Part shown: positions 37,779 to 50,000 of the stretch, one piece after another
How the letters are laid out: the number at the start of each line of letters is the position of its first letter
Numbering within the stretch: position 1 is the stretch's first letter
Assembly (NCBI GenBank): GCA_964016885.1
Contig: OZ024742.1
Coordinates: 125,178,001-125,242,000, forward strand
DNA length: 64,000 nt
Direction: 5' to 3'
Origin: Eledone cirrhosa
Taxonomy: Eukaryota
Notes under the pieces: model-generated
Databases searched by the model: none
What the model was told of the DNA's origin: nothing
The model's input: the letters and a program-made list of their open reading frames with translations, nothing else
Program-made: the position numbers and the translations under genes

Positions 37779-39875
37779 TTACCGTACTTTTGGTAGAGGA
37801 GGGATGGTTTTTACATCCCTTTTCACTTGATCGTCTGGTGAAGGGACCGTTGAATCGTCCCTTCGGCTGGTCGTCGGCTCTTCTAAGAGAATGTCTGAAT
37901 ATACTCTTCGATTGATGGTTCCTCCTAGGTCCCTGAAATCACCAACTGCGTTGGGGAATTTCGTTTTAATGTTTGTGTATTGTTTCTGTGCTATTTTTAG
38001 CAGTCTTATGTTAGTTGGCGTTTTGATTGGTGCTGGTATTATGTAGTCCTGTTGTGAAATGTCTGTGTGTTCAATTATGTAAGTCATTAGTTTCTTGTTG
38101 TGTGTGTTTATTGCCGTGCATTTGTTTTTCTGGGGGTGGGGTGTGGTTCTGCTATTTTCTTGTCGTTGTTGCTGGGTGTGTGTGTTTTGTTGTTGTGTTT
38201 GCGATGTTGGTGCTTGTGGTGGTGGTGTTGAAGGTGTTGTTGGCGGTGGGGTTGTCGCCGGTGGTGATGGTGGTGCTGGTGTGGGTGGTGATGGTGTTGG
38301 TGGTGTTGCTGCTGTGGGTCTCTTTGCAGTAGACTTTACCCTTTTCTCATTTCTTTCCTCCCTTTTCAAAGGCGACGATGCGCTGCTTCTGCGTTTGTGC
38401 CTTCTTGCGACCTTTTGCCATCCCTCTCCCACCTCACACTCCATGTCTGATTCTGTAAGGTCGGGGAGGGGTACCAGCTCCACTCTTTCACTTGTTGTTG
38501 TTGGTGATGTTTGCACTGGAGTCTCTGTTGCAGCTGCATTTGGTATTGCTGTTGTTGTTGTTAATATTTCCACTGCTGCTGCTGTCTTTGATTTCCGTGG
38601 AGTGGGTATGGGTGCCACGGACCTATCGTTCCTGGTTGCCGCTTGTCCTGTTGCTGGTAGCCGTGGAGCCGGATTCGGAAGGAGGGGGGTTTTCTCCTTT
38701 CTCAGGGTCTTCTCGTTGCAGAAGGCCCTGAGGTGAGTCTTCGATCCACAGCGAAAGCATTTCGGGCGTTTGCCCTCAACACTTATGGGCAGTTGAGTGC
38801 CGTTATCGAAGTCTATCACATTCGGGATAGCTTCGATGCACTCCTGGTTGGTTTGGATTAGCATCTCAATGGAGGAGCCGACCCAATCTTCTCTTACTTT
38901 TTTCTGTACTTGCAGTACAGTTGTTTTGTCCTCGATTCCGACGAGGACAGACGCGGCCAGCCAAGAAGGGGTCATTCCGGGGGGGACGTGGGTCAGTTTG
39001 ACCCTCACAATTTTTTGCCCGCAGTAGGAGGGCACCAACACCATTTCCTCGCTCCTTAGGGTCACTACTGATTGGGCCTTTGCCTCCTGGGGTGTGGCAA
39101 AAAGTACGTCTACGGTGGCGTATTTTTTGCCTCGGGTGATGTGCGTTTTCCTCTGCCACACAGACCCCAAGGCTTTTTGTATTTGGGCCTCTGTGGCTCT
39201 TTCCACCCTACGTGATTTTGTACTTACTGTACGGTACGTGACCGTACAGTGCTCTTGGGTTTCGAAAAAATTTTTCGCTGCCTTGCAGATTGCTCGGTGT
39301 CCGTTCTTTGTCACCATCTTCTTCGCTTCCTCTAATTCCTCATTTGTTATGAGGATTGTTTCCAAGTTTTTCGCAATACCTGCAAATGACATTGGTTTTT
39401 CTCTGCTGTTGTTGTTGTCGTCAGAGCTGCTGGTACTTTTGTTGTTGCTGCAGGTACTACGACTACTGCCTCCGCCGCTGTTGCTGTGGTTGTTGTTGGT
39501 GTTGCTGCTGCTAATGCTGTTGTTGTTTATGCTGCTGGTGATGCTGTTGCGGCTGCTACTGTTGTTTTCATTGTCACTGTTGCTGTTGTTATTACGGCTG
39601 CTACTGCTATTATTCCTGACGTCAGACGAATGAACTGGGTTTTCGTATTTCCCGCACACCTGTTTCGTCGCTGTCGTCGTCGTCGTGGAGAAACCTTGCA
39701 CGCTTTGCACGAGACTTTTCTTTTCTTTCGTCGCTTGCGAAAGAGAAGGGAGGGAGAGAGACACATTTAAATAAGGGAGGGAGAGAGACAATCTTCTCTC
39801 TGCTGTAGTGATGATTGAGGAAGAAGAAGACGGAATGAGTGGGAGTGACGTATGAAATTTCTTTTTCGTAGCCAT
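37779..39875 (-). CDS. L1/Tx1 ORF1: nucleic-acid-binding protein with CCHC zinc knuckle (698 aa from first ATG)
   Basis: CFRCGSKTHLRAFC; Ser/Asn- and Pro/Thr-rich tracts; lies directly upstream of ORF2. Confidence 0.9.
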   Translation of the reverse strand: MATKKKFHTSLPLIPSSSSSIITTAERRLSLSLPYLNVSLSLPSLSQATKEKKSLVQSVQGFSTTTTTATKQVCGKYENPVHSSDVRNNSSSSRNNNSNSDNENNSSSRNSITSSINNNSISSSNTNNNHSNSGGGSSRSTCSNNKSTSSSDDNNNSREKPMSFAGIAKNLETILITNEELEEAKKMVTKNGHRAICKAAKNFFETQEHCTVTYRTVSTKSRRVERATEAQIQKALGSVWQRKTHITRGKKYATVDVLFATPQEAKAQSVVTLRSEEMVLVPSYCGQKIVRVKLTHVPPGMTPSWLAASVLVGIEDKTTVLQVQKKVREDWVGSSIEMLIQTNQECIEAIPNVIDFDNGTQLPISVEGKRPKCFRCGSKTHLRAFCNEKTLRKEKTPLLPNPAPRLPATGQAATRNDRSVAPIPTPRKSKTAAAVEILTTTTAIPNAAATETPVQTSPTTTSERVELVPLPDLTESDMECEVGEGWQKVARRHKRRSSASSPLKREERNEKRVKSTAKRPTAATPPTPSPPTPAPPSPPATTPPPTTPSTPPPQAPTSQTQQQNTHTQQQRQENSRTTPHPQKNKCTAINTHNKKLMTYIIEHTDISQQDYIIPAPIKTPTNIRLLKIAQKQYTNIKTKFPNAVGDFRDLGGTINRRVYSDILLEEPTTSRRDDSTVPSPDDQVKRDVKTIPPLPKVR

Positions 39876-40088
39876 GTTTTTTTGTTTAAAATGAAATTTT
39901 TGGTACAAAACCCCAATAACTGGTTATTTAACCCCGAAGGGCCAAATAACGGACAGAAAGACCCCTCTCACGAGGAGGAGGGTGTCTTTATCAACAATTT
40001 GGTTCAAGTTTTAAACAATTTACAATTGTTTTAACGGTTAAAAATTACTATACCTTACAGAGCCGAGCCTCCGTCAACCATGGCATTC

Positions 40089-40121
<33 letters not shown>

Positions 40122-40210
40122 CTAAACTATAATAAAGTAAGTGCTGCGGGACTGCGTACGGTTTATTTCTTTTAATCAAGTTAGTAAAATAAGTTGGATT
40201 ACTTTGAATC

Positions 40211-40392
40211 AATAATTGTTTCTACTTTAGGCACAAGGCCAGCAATTACCCAGTACATTACTGGTACTTTATTTTATCGACCCCGTAAGGATGAAAGGCA
40301 AAGTTAACCTCGGCGGGATTTGAACTCAGACTGTAAAGGGACGTAACTATGCTAGAAAGCATGGCGTCCAACCCTCTACCGATACTGCCAAA
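40211..40392 (-). mobile_element. tRNA-derived SINE (MetaSINE-like)
   Basis: Reverse-complement of the SINE consensus. Confidence 0.88.
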
Positions 40393-41220
40393 ATGAATGA
40401 ATATTACAAATGTATGCACTGAATTTCGTAAACAAATAATTTCGTAAAAATAAATAATTTAAAATTGACTTCTTTTCAAAGTTGCACTTCCCGTATATCG
40501 TCGCCACCACCACCACTTCAACTACCATATATATAGAAAGAGGGAGTGTGTGATGAGAGAGATAGAGAGATTATGATTTTCTACAAGCTGGAGCATATGA
40601 GTGTGCATATACATACATCTATATGTATGAGTATATAACTATTATGAGTATATAACTATAATCGCGCAAACACAAATTTATAAAAATACACACTCACGGA
40701 CATAATTCACGCAAATACACATACATTCACACATACTTTCACACAAACATACATACATTCACACATATACATTTACACAAACACACGCATACAGTCAAGT
40801 TTTATTTATTTATTAACTCTTTATTTATTTATTATCACTTTTTTTTAAACTCATTTAATATAATGGTTACAGAACAAAAACACTAACAAATATAATATAT
40901 GCAAAGGAAAGGGAAGGAAAAAAAGAAAGAGAAAAAAGACGCAAGCAGGTAATACACACCTCTAAGACGATATGCTGGCGAAAGAGTAGAACGGGCCACT
41001 ACCAGAGCAAAATATGGCAATATAGACAGGGGCACTGAGAAACCTCACTAATAATTTTTGAGGCAAGCCAGCACGCTCGCAGCGTTACCTGGGGTGATGG
41101 CGAGGCTGAAGTGTTCCATTATGCACACTACATATGCTAGCAGAAAACCGCCCGAAGGGTGATTTTTCTGCTAGTAGTAGTAATAATAATAAAAGTAATA
41201 ATAATAATAATAATAATAAT

Positions 41221-44200
41221 GATTTCTTTATTAACCACAAGGGTTTACATAAAGAAGACATTAAGGACAGTGCAGGACAATGCAGGACGGTACAAATGGG
41301 CATTTCTGCGTGTAAAAAACAAAAACAGAGGATGTAACAAAAATAACAATGAAAATAACAATGAAATATTCCCCAATAGGGGCGAGACTTCGGAGGGACA
41401 TTTGTGGAGAAAGCCCAGTAAAAAGCCACAATGACCCTGACCACCAAGGCAAGTGCCCTCTCCCAGTTTTCCACCTTTAATTTACAGATATATACTCAGA
41501 GTAGGCCCATTCACTCGGGCCATTCTTGCTTCTCTCACCCATCTTTCAACAAAATGCTGGGAAGAGAGCACTTCCCTCTCTACTCTGATTTTCCTTTTCA
41601 AATGAAATTTGAAAAAGTCAATCAGAGCATCACCGAAGAGGTAAGTGCTCATCTTCAGCCCTTTCAAACGTGTCCACCATACTATCTCTTTCACCATGGC
41701 CACCAGGCAGATAAAAACTGCCTGCCCTTCCCGGCTACAAAGGAGGGCGGGGCAATCCTCACGATGGACTCAGATGATAGCCGGATCCGTCCTAAACGCG
41801 ACAGCAGGTGTTCGACATAAACCCACAAGTCAGCAATTTTCGGACACTGGACGAGTGCGTGCAGGACGGTTTCGTCGCCCTGCGCGCATCTCGGACATGC
41901 CCGGCTGACGGCACCTCCATGCCTGTAGAGTTTATCCCGAACTGGCAAGGCTCCTCGGTAGTACTGCCAGGCCAGAGATTTCTGGAAGTTGTCCATAGGC
42001 CCCGGCCCGAAAGTTCTTCCGAAGAGATTGGCTAGTTGATTTTCGTCGACGCCTAGAGTTTCCCCAAGTACGTCGTCGCTCTTCCCCTCCACTAATCCTC
42101 TATAGAACGCCGATGTGGAGTTTCCACCGATCACATTGCCCGATTGGTCGAGGGCTGTGAGCGCCTGAAGACATTCCAGTCTCCAGGCGCTCCCTCTCGG
42201 TCTTCGCTTGACCCAGGACTGCAGCTCCGTCAAGGAAACGAGCTGGGGAAACACGCATCTAGCAAACGGCGACCACACCTGATCACCGTCGAGGAAGAGG
42301 TGGAGATGTCGTAGCCTGAGCGCGTGCCTGCGCATCATCAGCCACGGCATGCCCAGCCCTCCACGTAGCGGGTGTTGACAACAGATGGACCGCCTGACCA
42401 TCGGAGCGCGTCCCTTCCACAAAAAGCGAAAGAGCAAACGCTCCAGCGCAGTCAGGCGAGGCTTAGGACAAGGTACGACGGTCAGGCGGTAGCAGATGAC
42501 GGACGCGATGTACGCGTTAGCCACCTCCGCTCGACCTTTCAGGGATAGCTTCCTCTCGGCCCATTTCTGGGTGAGAGAAGCCACCCTGCTCGTCACCTCG
42601 TCCCAGTTTTTGTCCGTCTGGAGGTCCGGACCGAACGAGACCCCTAGCAATTTAACCGGTCCGTCCGTCCAGCGTCCGACGACGCTGTTGGACGGCATGG
42701 ACCTGCCTCTCCAGGTGCCGAGCTGCAGGCCCACTGACTTTTCCTGGTTGATCATTGCTCCTGTCACCGCTTCGTATTCTCTTAGTGTAGTGCCGATCGC
42801 CTCGATGTGTTTGGCGTTCGACACCACTACGGTGACATCGTCCGCATATGCTGACACGGATCTTCCGCATCCTAGTTCGCGCGGGACTCCCCTCAACGTC
42901 TCCAGTTTGTGCAGTAATGGCTCGAGAGTCTATACGTACAAGAGGGACGAGAGGGGACATCCTTGGCGGACCGAGCGCATGATGTTGAACGGTTCCGACA
43001 GGTGACCGTTCACTCTCACCACAGAGCAGATGTCGCTGTGCATGGCAGCGATCCAGCCTCTGAAGACGGGCCCAAAGCCAGCCGCCCTCAGGACTGCCGC
43101 TAGGTAACGATGGTCGACCCTATCGAAAGCTTTCGACTGATCTAAATTGATCAAGGACCCAGCCGTGCCAGGTTCCCTAGCTACCCTCTCTACGATGTAT
43201 CGCATGAGGTGGAGGTTGTCGTCGATGGATCTGTCGGGAATGGCGCATGTCTGCGCCTCTCCCACCAGACCACCAACGAAGAGCGCCAACCTCTTTTCTA
43301 GCACCTTGGCCAAAATCTTAAACTCTGTGTTTAGCAGAGTTATGGGCCGGAAATTGTCTATGTTATCCCCCTTGTTCGGATCCTTTCTCAGCAGTGCCAC
43401 CGCTCCTCGGCTCACAGAACTGGGAATTCTCCCGTTCTGTTGCCAGTTGCAGTAGACGACCGCCAAGAGGCCTCCGAACAAGTCTGGCATCTGTACGTAA
43501 AGTTCATAGGGCAGACCATCCAAACCAGGCGATTTACCCCTTGTGCAGCCAGTCATTGCCTCCCTTACTTCAGCGGCTGTTATCGGCTTTTCGCAACACT
43601 TCGCCTCAGTGGCCGAGAGCCGCGGCAGTCCGTCGAGGTAGACACTAAAGTCCATCCCTCTACCCGGCCCCCCGCTGCCCCCGAACAGCTGAGCGAAGTG
43701 TCGCTGAAAAGCTTCACACATTTGCCCGGGATCGAGTAGCATGCGCTCGTCGTGGTCCACCAAAGACCGGATCGTGGCTTTGTTGCCACGACGCGCCTCC
43801 GCCACTCGGGCCCATTGAACGGCTTTCGTCCCCTCGTGTCTGAAAGCACGCACCCTAGCTCTGACAACGCAGCCTTCGTGCTTTGCATTGAAGAATTGGT
43901 CAAGGGCCAATTTCGCCGCAAGCACGTCAGTCGCAATGCCTCGTCTAATTTTCTAACTAGTTCTCCCTCTGCTCTATTTTTCTCTATTGCTAAAGCCTTA
44001 CTAAACCTGATCGATTCTATTCTAATCGCTCTTTTCAGAGCAAACCACCACTTGTTGTTGACGATGGCCCCCGTCAACGCCCGCTTAACTAGTTCGCTAA
44101 TCCGGTCTCTGTAGGCCTTGCGCGCTGGTAAGGACGCGTTTAGCTTCCAGTAGCCGGGTCCTCGTCTATGAAGCCTATCTAAGTCAAGCACACAGGTCAC

Positions 44201-47035
44201 GAATTTGTGGTCCGTCTAGCTGACTATCTTGAATTGTGGACAGCCTATGCTAGACCTATCTATTTCACTACAAAATACTCTATCTAGATATGATCTGGAT
44301 GACCCTATGCGGTTTGTCCAAGTCCACATTGGCACATTCGGGAAATCCAATCGGTACCTGTCAGACAGTTCAAAACGCCTGAGCAGGTTGGTGAGGCTCT
44401 TGCACCCTCCACCCCTATCCGCTAATCCCACACAGTCCCAGCGTGCATCTAAGATCCCGTTCCAGTCGCCCACTAACACTAAAGAGCGGGACATTCCAAG
44501 AAAGGTCTCCAGACGCGGGAAGAAATCAGGCCGCCCTGCTCCTGTCGGGGCATAGACGGCCACTAGCCTGAAAGCTTGCCCGTCTCCGCTGGTCACGTCC
44601 AGCACCACCAGCTTACCCTCTGGGTCCAGGAAGATGGCCCGTATGGCGAGATCCAAACCTCTCCGAAAAAGCACAGCAAATCCTCCACCCGATCCAGGAC
44701 GGCTGGGAGATGCGTACACATCGTAGCCGCCGAAGATCGGTGCGAAGGCCCGTGCTTCGGAGATTCTGGTCTCGCTGATGGCCACTACATCTATGTTTAG
44801 TGACCTGAGGTCGTTGAGCAGGTGACCCTGCTTCCATGACGACCCCAAGCCACGCGCATTTATGCTGCCTATTCTGAGTGAGGTCATGTTTAAAATAGAG
44901 TGGAAAAGATGGGAAAGACCACTTACCGTACTTTTGGTAGAGGAGGGATGGTTTTTACATCCCTTTTCACTTGATCGTCTGGTGAAGGGACCGTTGAATC
45001 GTCCCTACGGCTGGTCGTCGGCTCTTCTAAGAGAATGTCTGAATATACTCTTCGATTGATGGTTCCTCCTAGGTCCCTGAAATCACCAACTGCGTTGGGG
45101 AATTTCGTTTTAATGTTTGTGTATTGTTTCTGTGCTATTTTTAGCAGTCTTATGTTAGTTGGCGTTTTGATTGGTGCTGGTATTATGTAGTCCTGTTGTG
45201 AAATGTCTGTGTGTTCAATTATGTAAGTCATTAGTTTCTTGTTGTGTGTGTTTATTGCCGTGCATTTGTTTTTCTGGGGGTGGGGTGTGGTTCTGCTATT
45301 TTCTTGTCGTTGTTGCTGGGTGTGTGTGTTTTGTTGTTGTGTTTGCGATGTTGGTGCTTGTGGTGGTGGTGTTGAAGGTGTTGTTGGCGGTGGGGTTGTC
45401 GCCGGTGGTGATGGTGGTGCTGGTGTGGGTGGTGATGGCGTTGGTGGTGTTGCTGCTGTGGGTCTCTTTGCAGTAGACTTTACCCTTTTCTCATTTCTTT
45501 CCTCCCTTTTCAAAGGCGACGATGCGCTGCTTCTGCGTTTGTGCCTTCTTGCGACCTTTTGCCATCCCTCTCCCACCTCACACTCCATGTCTGATTCTGT
45601 GAGGTCGGGGAGGGGTACCAGCTCCACTCTTTCACTTGTTGTTGTTGGTGATGTTTGCACTGGAGTCTCTGTTGCAGCTGCATTTGGTATTGCTGTTGTT
45701 GTTGTTAATATTTCCACTGCTGCTGCTGTTTTTTATTTCCGTGGAGTGGGTATGGGTGCCACGGACCTATCGTTCCTGGTTGCCGCTTGTCCTGTTGCTG
45801 GTAGCCGTGGAGCCGGATTCGGAAGGAGGGGGGTTTTCTCCTTTCTCAGGGTCTTCTCGTTGCAGAAGGCCCTGAGGTGAGTCTTCGATCCACAGCGAAA
45901 GCATTTCGGGCGTTTGCCCTCAACACTTATGGGCAGTTGAGTGCCGTTATCGAAGTCTATCACATCCGGGATAGCTTCGATGCACTCCTGGTTGGTTTGG
46001 ATTAGCATCTCAATGGAGGAGCCGACCCAATCTTCTCTTACTTTTTTCTGTACTTGCAGTACAGTTGTTTTGTCCTCGATTCCGACGAGGACAGACGCGG
46101 CCAGCCAAGAAGGGGTCATTCCGGTGGGGACGTGGGTCAGTTTGACCCTCACAATTTTTTGCCCGCAGTAGGAGGGCACCAACACCATTTCCTCGCTCCT
46201 TAGGGTCACTACTGATTGGGCCTTTGCCTCCTGGGGTGTGGCAAAAAGTACGTCTACGGTGGCATATTTTTTGCCTCGGGTGATGTGCGTTTTCCGCTGC
46301 CACACAGACCCCAAGGCTTTTTGTATTTGGGCCTCTGTGGCTCTTTCCACCCTACGGTTTTTTGTACTTACTGTACGGTACGTGACCGTACAGTGCTCTT
46401 GGGTTTTGAAAAATTTTTCCGCTGCCTTGCAGATTGCTCGGTGTCCGTTCTTTGTCACCATCTTCTTCGCTTCCTCTAATTCCTCATTTGTTATGAGGAT
46501 TGTTTCCAAGTTTTTCGCAATACCTGCAAATGAGATTGGTTTTTTCTCTGCTGTTGTTGTTGTCGTCAGAGCTGCTGGTACTTTTGTTGTTGCTGCAGGT
46601 ACTACGACTACTGCCTCCGCCGCTGTTGCTGTGGTTGTTGTTGGCGTTGCTGCTGCTAATGCTGTTGTTGTTTATGCTGCTGGTGATGCTGTTGCGGTGC
46701 TACTGTTGTTTTCATTGTCACTGTTGCTGTTGTTATTACGGCTGCTACTGCTATTAGTCCTGACGTCAGACGAATGAACTGGGTTTTCGTATTTCCCGCA
46801 CACCTGTTTAGTCGCTGTTGTCGTCGTCGTGGAGAAACCTTGCACGCTTTGCACGAGACTTTTCTTTTCTTTCGTCACTTGCGAAAGAGAAGGGAGGGAG
46901 AGAGAGACATTTAAAGAAGGGAGGGAGAGAGACAATCTTCTCTCTGCTGTAGTGATGATTGAGGAAGAAGAAGACGGAATGAGTGGGAGTGACGTATGAA
47001 ATTTCTTTTTCGTAGCCATGTTGTTTTTTGTTTAA
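41221..47035 (-). mobile_element. L1/Tx1 family A copy 2, lacking 5' UTR, inactivated
   Basis: Near-identical to copy 1 but with stops (45733, 44216, 42930) and frameshifts (near 46540, 43938, 41735); (TAA)n at its 3' end. Confidence 0.93.
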
Positions 47036-50000
47036 AATGAGGGTTACACGTAGCGGAAACAACACAAAAGACCACGGCCACCGTGACCACCAGGGCAAGC
47101 GCCCTCTCTCAATTTTTCCATTTCTCAAACTACAGACGTATATTCAGAGCGGACCGTACACTCGGACCATTCTCGCTACATTCACCCACATTTCAACAAA
47201 CTTGCTAGAAGGCAGCACTTGCCTCTCCACCCTGATTTTCCTCTTCAAGTGAAACTTGATGAGGAAAATCAGAGGAGAGACGCAAGTGCTGCCTTCTAGC
47301 AAGTTAATTAGGGATTCGCCGAAGAGGAAAGTGTTGTCTTTAACCCTTTCAACCTTGTCCACCACACAATCTCTTTCGCCATGGCCACCAGGCAGATGAA
47401 AACGTCCTGCCCTTCCTCCTCGAAGGAAGACGGCGAGACCATCTGAACAATGGACTCAGTCGATAACCGGATCAGTCCTACACGCGACAACAACTGTTTG
47501 ACATAGCTCCACAAGTCAGCAATGCTCGGGCACTAAACGAGTGCGTGCACAACGGTTTTGTCGCTCTGCGCGCATATCGGACAGGATCGGCTGACGGCAA
47601 TTCCGTGCCTGTAGAGCTCATCTCTAACCGGTATCACTGCCAGGTCAGGGATGTTTGGAAGTTATCCATAGGCCATGAGCTGAAAGTTCTCCGGAAGAGA
47701 GCAAACAGCTGATCTTCTTCGACGCCCAGGATCTCTCCAAGAACGTTGTCGGTCTTCCCCTCCACTAGTCCTCTATAGAACGCCGAGGTGGATGTTCCCC
47801 CGATACTGGTTCCCAGCTGGCAGTGGGCAGTGAGCACCTGGAGACATTCCAGTTTCCAAGCTCTATCCCTCGATCGTTTGCGCATCATCAGCCATGGCAT
47901 GCCCAGTCCTCCGCGCAACGGGTGTTGACAGCAGATGGATCGTCTGACAATGGGAGCGCGTCCCTTCCACAAAAAGCGGAACGGGAGGCACTCTATTTTG
48001 GTGAGATTTGGGCCGGCGCAAGGCACGACGGTGAGGCGGTAGCAGATGACGGATGCGATGTACGCATTCGCCATCTCCTCCCGGCCTTTCAGGGACAGCT
48101 TCCTTTCAGCCCATTTCTGGGTGAGGAAGGCCACCTTTCTCGTCACCTCGTTCCAGTTTTTCTCCATCTGGAGGTCCGGTCCGAACCAGACCCCGAGCAA
48201 TTTAAACGGTCCGTCCGTCCAACGCCCCAAACGCTGTCGGACGGCATGGACTTGCCTATCCAGGTGCCGAGCTGCAAGCCCACCGACTTTTCCTGGTTTA
48301 TCTTTGCTCCTTTCACTGCTTCGTATTCCTTGAGAGCGGTGCCGATCATATGGACGTGTCTGGTGCTCAACACTACCTAGTTGACGTCGTCGGCGTAAGC
48401 CGACTTGGACTTCCCGCATCCTAGTTTTCGTAAGACGCCCCTCATCGCCTCCAGTTTGTGCAGTAACAGCTCGAGAGCCAATACGTACTAGAGGGACGAG
48501 AAGGGACAACCCTGGCGGACTGAGCGCATGATGCTGAACGGCTGCGACAGGTGACCGTTCACCCTCACAACTGAGCAGATGTCGCTGTACATCGCAGCAA
48601 TTCAGCCCATGACAACGGGCCCGAAACCCGCTGCCTCGAGGACCGCCGCCAGGTATCGATGGTCGACCCTATCGAATGCTTTGGATTGATCAAATTCCTT
48701 AACCACCCTCTCTATGATGTATCGCATGGGGTGGAGGTTGTCGTGAATGAATCTGTCCGGAATGGCGCATGTCTCCGCCCCTCCCACCAGACCATTGGCG
48801 ACAAGCGCCAACCTCGTTGCTAACACCTTGGCCAAAATCTTGAACTCTGTGTTTAGCAGGGTTATGGGCCTGAAGTTATCGATAACATCGCCCTTGTTCG
48901 GGTTTTTTATCAGCAGCGCCACCGCTCCCCCGCTCACAAAATTGGGAATGCTCCCGTTCTGCTGCAAGTTGTAGTAGACGTTTGACAAGTGGTCACCGAA
49001 CAAGTCTGGCAGAAATGCATAAAGCTCGTAGGGTAGACCATCCAAACCTGGCGATTTACCCCTCGTGCAGTTAGCCATCGCTTCCCGTATTTCACCGGCT
49101 GTTATTGGCTTTTCGCAACACTGTGCTGTGGTCGTCGAGAACTGAGGCAGTCCGTCGAGGTATACACTGAAGTCCATACCCCGATCCGGGCCGCCGCTGC
49201 TCCTGAACAGTTCAGCAAAGTGCTGCTGAAAAGCTTCACACATCTGCTTGGGTTCGAGCAACACGCACACGTTTTGGTCAGACAAAGACCGAACTGTGGC
49301 TTTGTTGCCACGTCGCGCCTCTGTCACTCAGGCGCATTGGACGGAGTTTGTCCCCTCGTGTTTCAGAGCACGCGCTCTAGCTCTGACAACGCATCCTTCG
49401 TGTTTTGCGTTGAAGAATTGGTCGAGTGCCAATCTCGCCGCAAGCACGTCGGTTGCGATGCCTGTCCTAAACCCCTCTTCTAGCTTTCTGACTAGCTTTC
49501 CCTCTACTCTATTTTCCTGTATCACTAGTCCTTTGCTAAACCTAATCGACTCTACTTTAATTGCCCTTTTCAGGGCGAACCACCACCTGTTGTTGACGAC
49601 CGCTCCCGTCAACGCCCGCTTAACTAATACGCTAATTTGGTCTCTGTAGGCTTTGCGCGCCGGGAAAGACGCGTTCAGCCTCCAGTAACCGGGCCCTTGT
49701 CTATGAAGTCTGTCTATGTCGATCTCACAGATCACAAATTTGTGGTCTCTGTAGTCGACTATTTTAAATTGTGGACATCTTATACTAGCCTTATCTAGTT
49801 CTCTGCAGAATACCCTATCGAGATACGATCTGGATGGCCCAATGCGGTTTGTCAATGTCCACATTGGCACATTAGGGTGATCCAGTCGATACTTGTCAGA
49901 CAGTTCAAAACGTCTGAGCAGGTTGTTGAGGCTCTTTCCCTCTCATCCCCTATCCACTAGCCTCACACAATCCCAGCGTGGGGCCATAGACGGCTACTAG

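Larger units (their letters stand above)
34062..40088 (-). mobile_element. Full-length L1/Tx1-like LINE, family A, copy 1 (both ORFs intact)
   Basis: 5' UTR, ORF1, ORF2, 3' UTR with AATAAA (34068-34073); flanked on both sides by (TAA)n (34028-34061, 40089-40121). Confidence 0.95.

Noticed and set aside
34273-39770. Antisense and alternative-frame ORFs over L1 and Dong elements
   Set aside because: Shadows of long GC-richer coding frames with no independent motifs.
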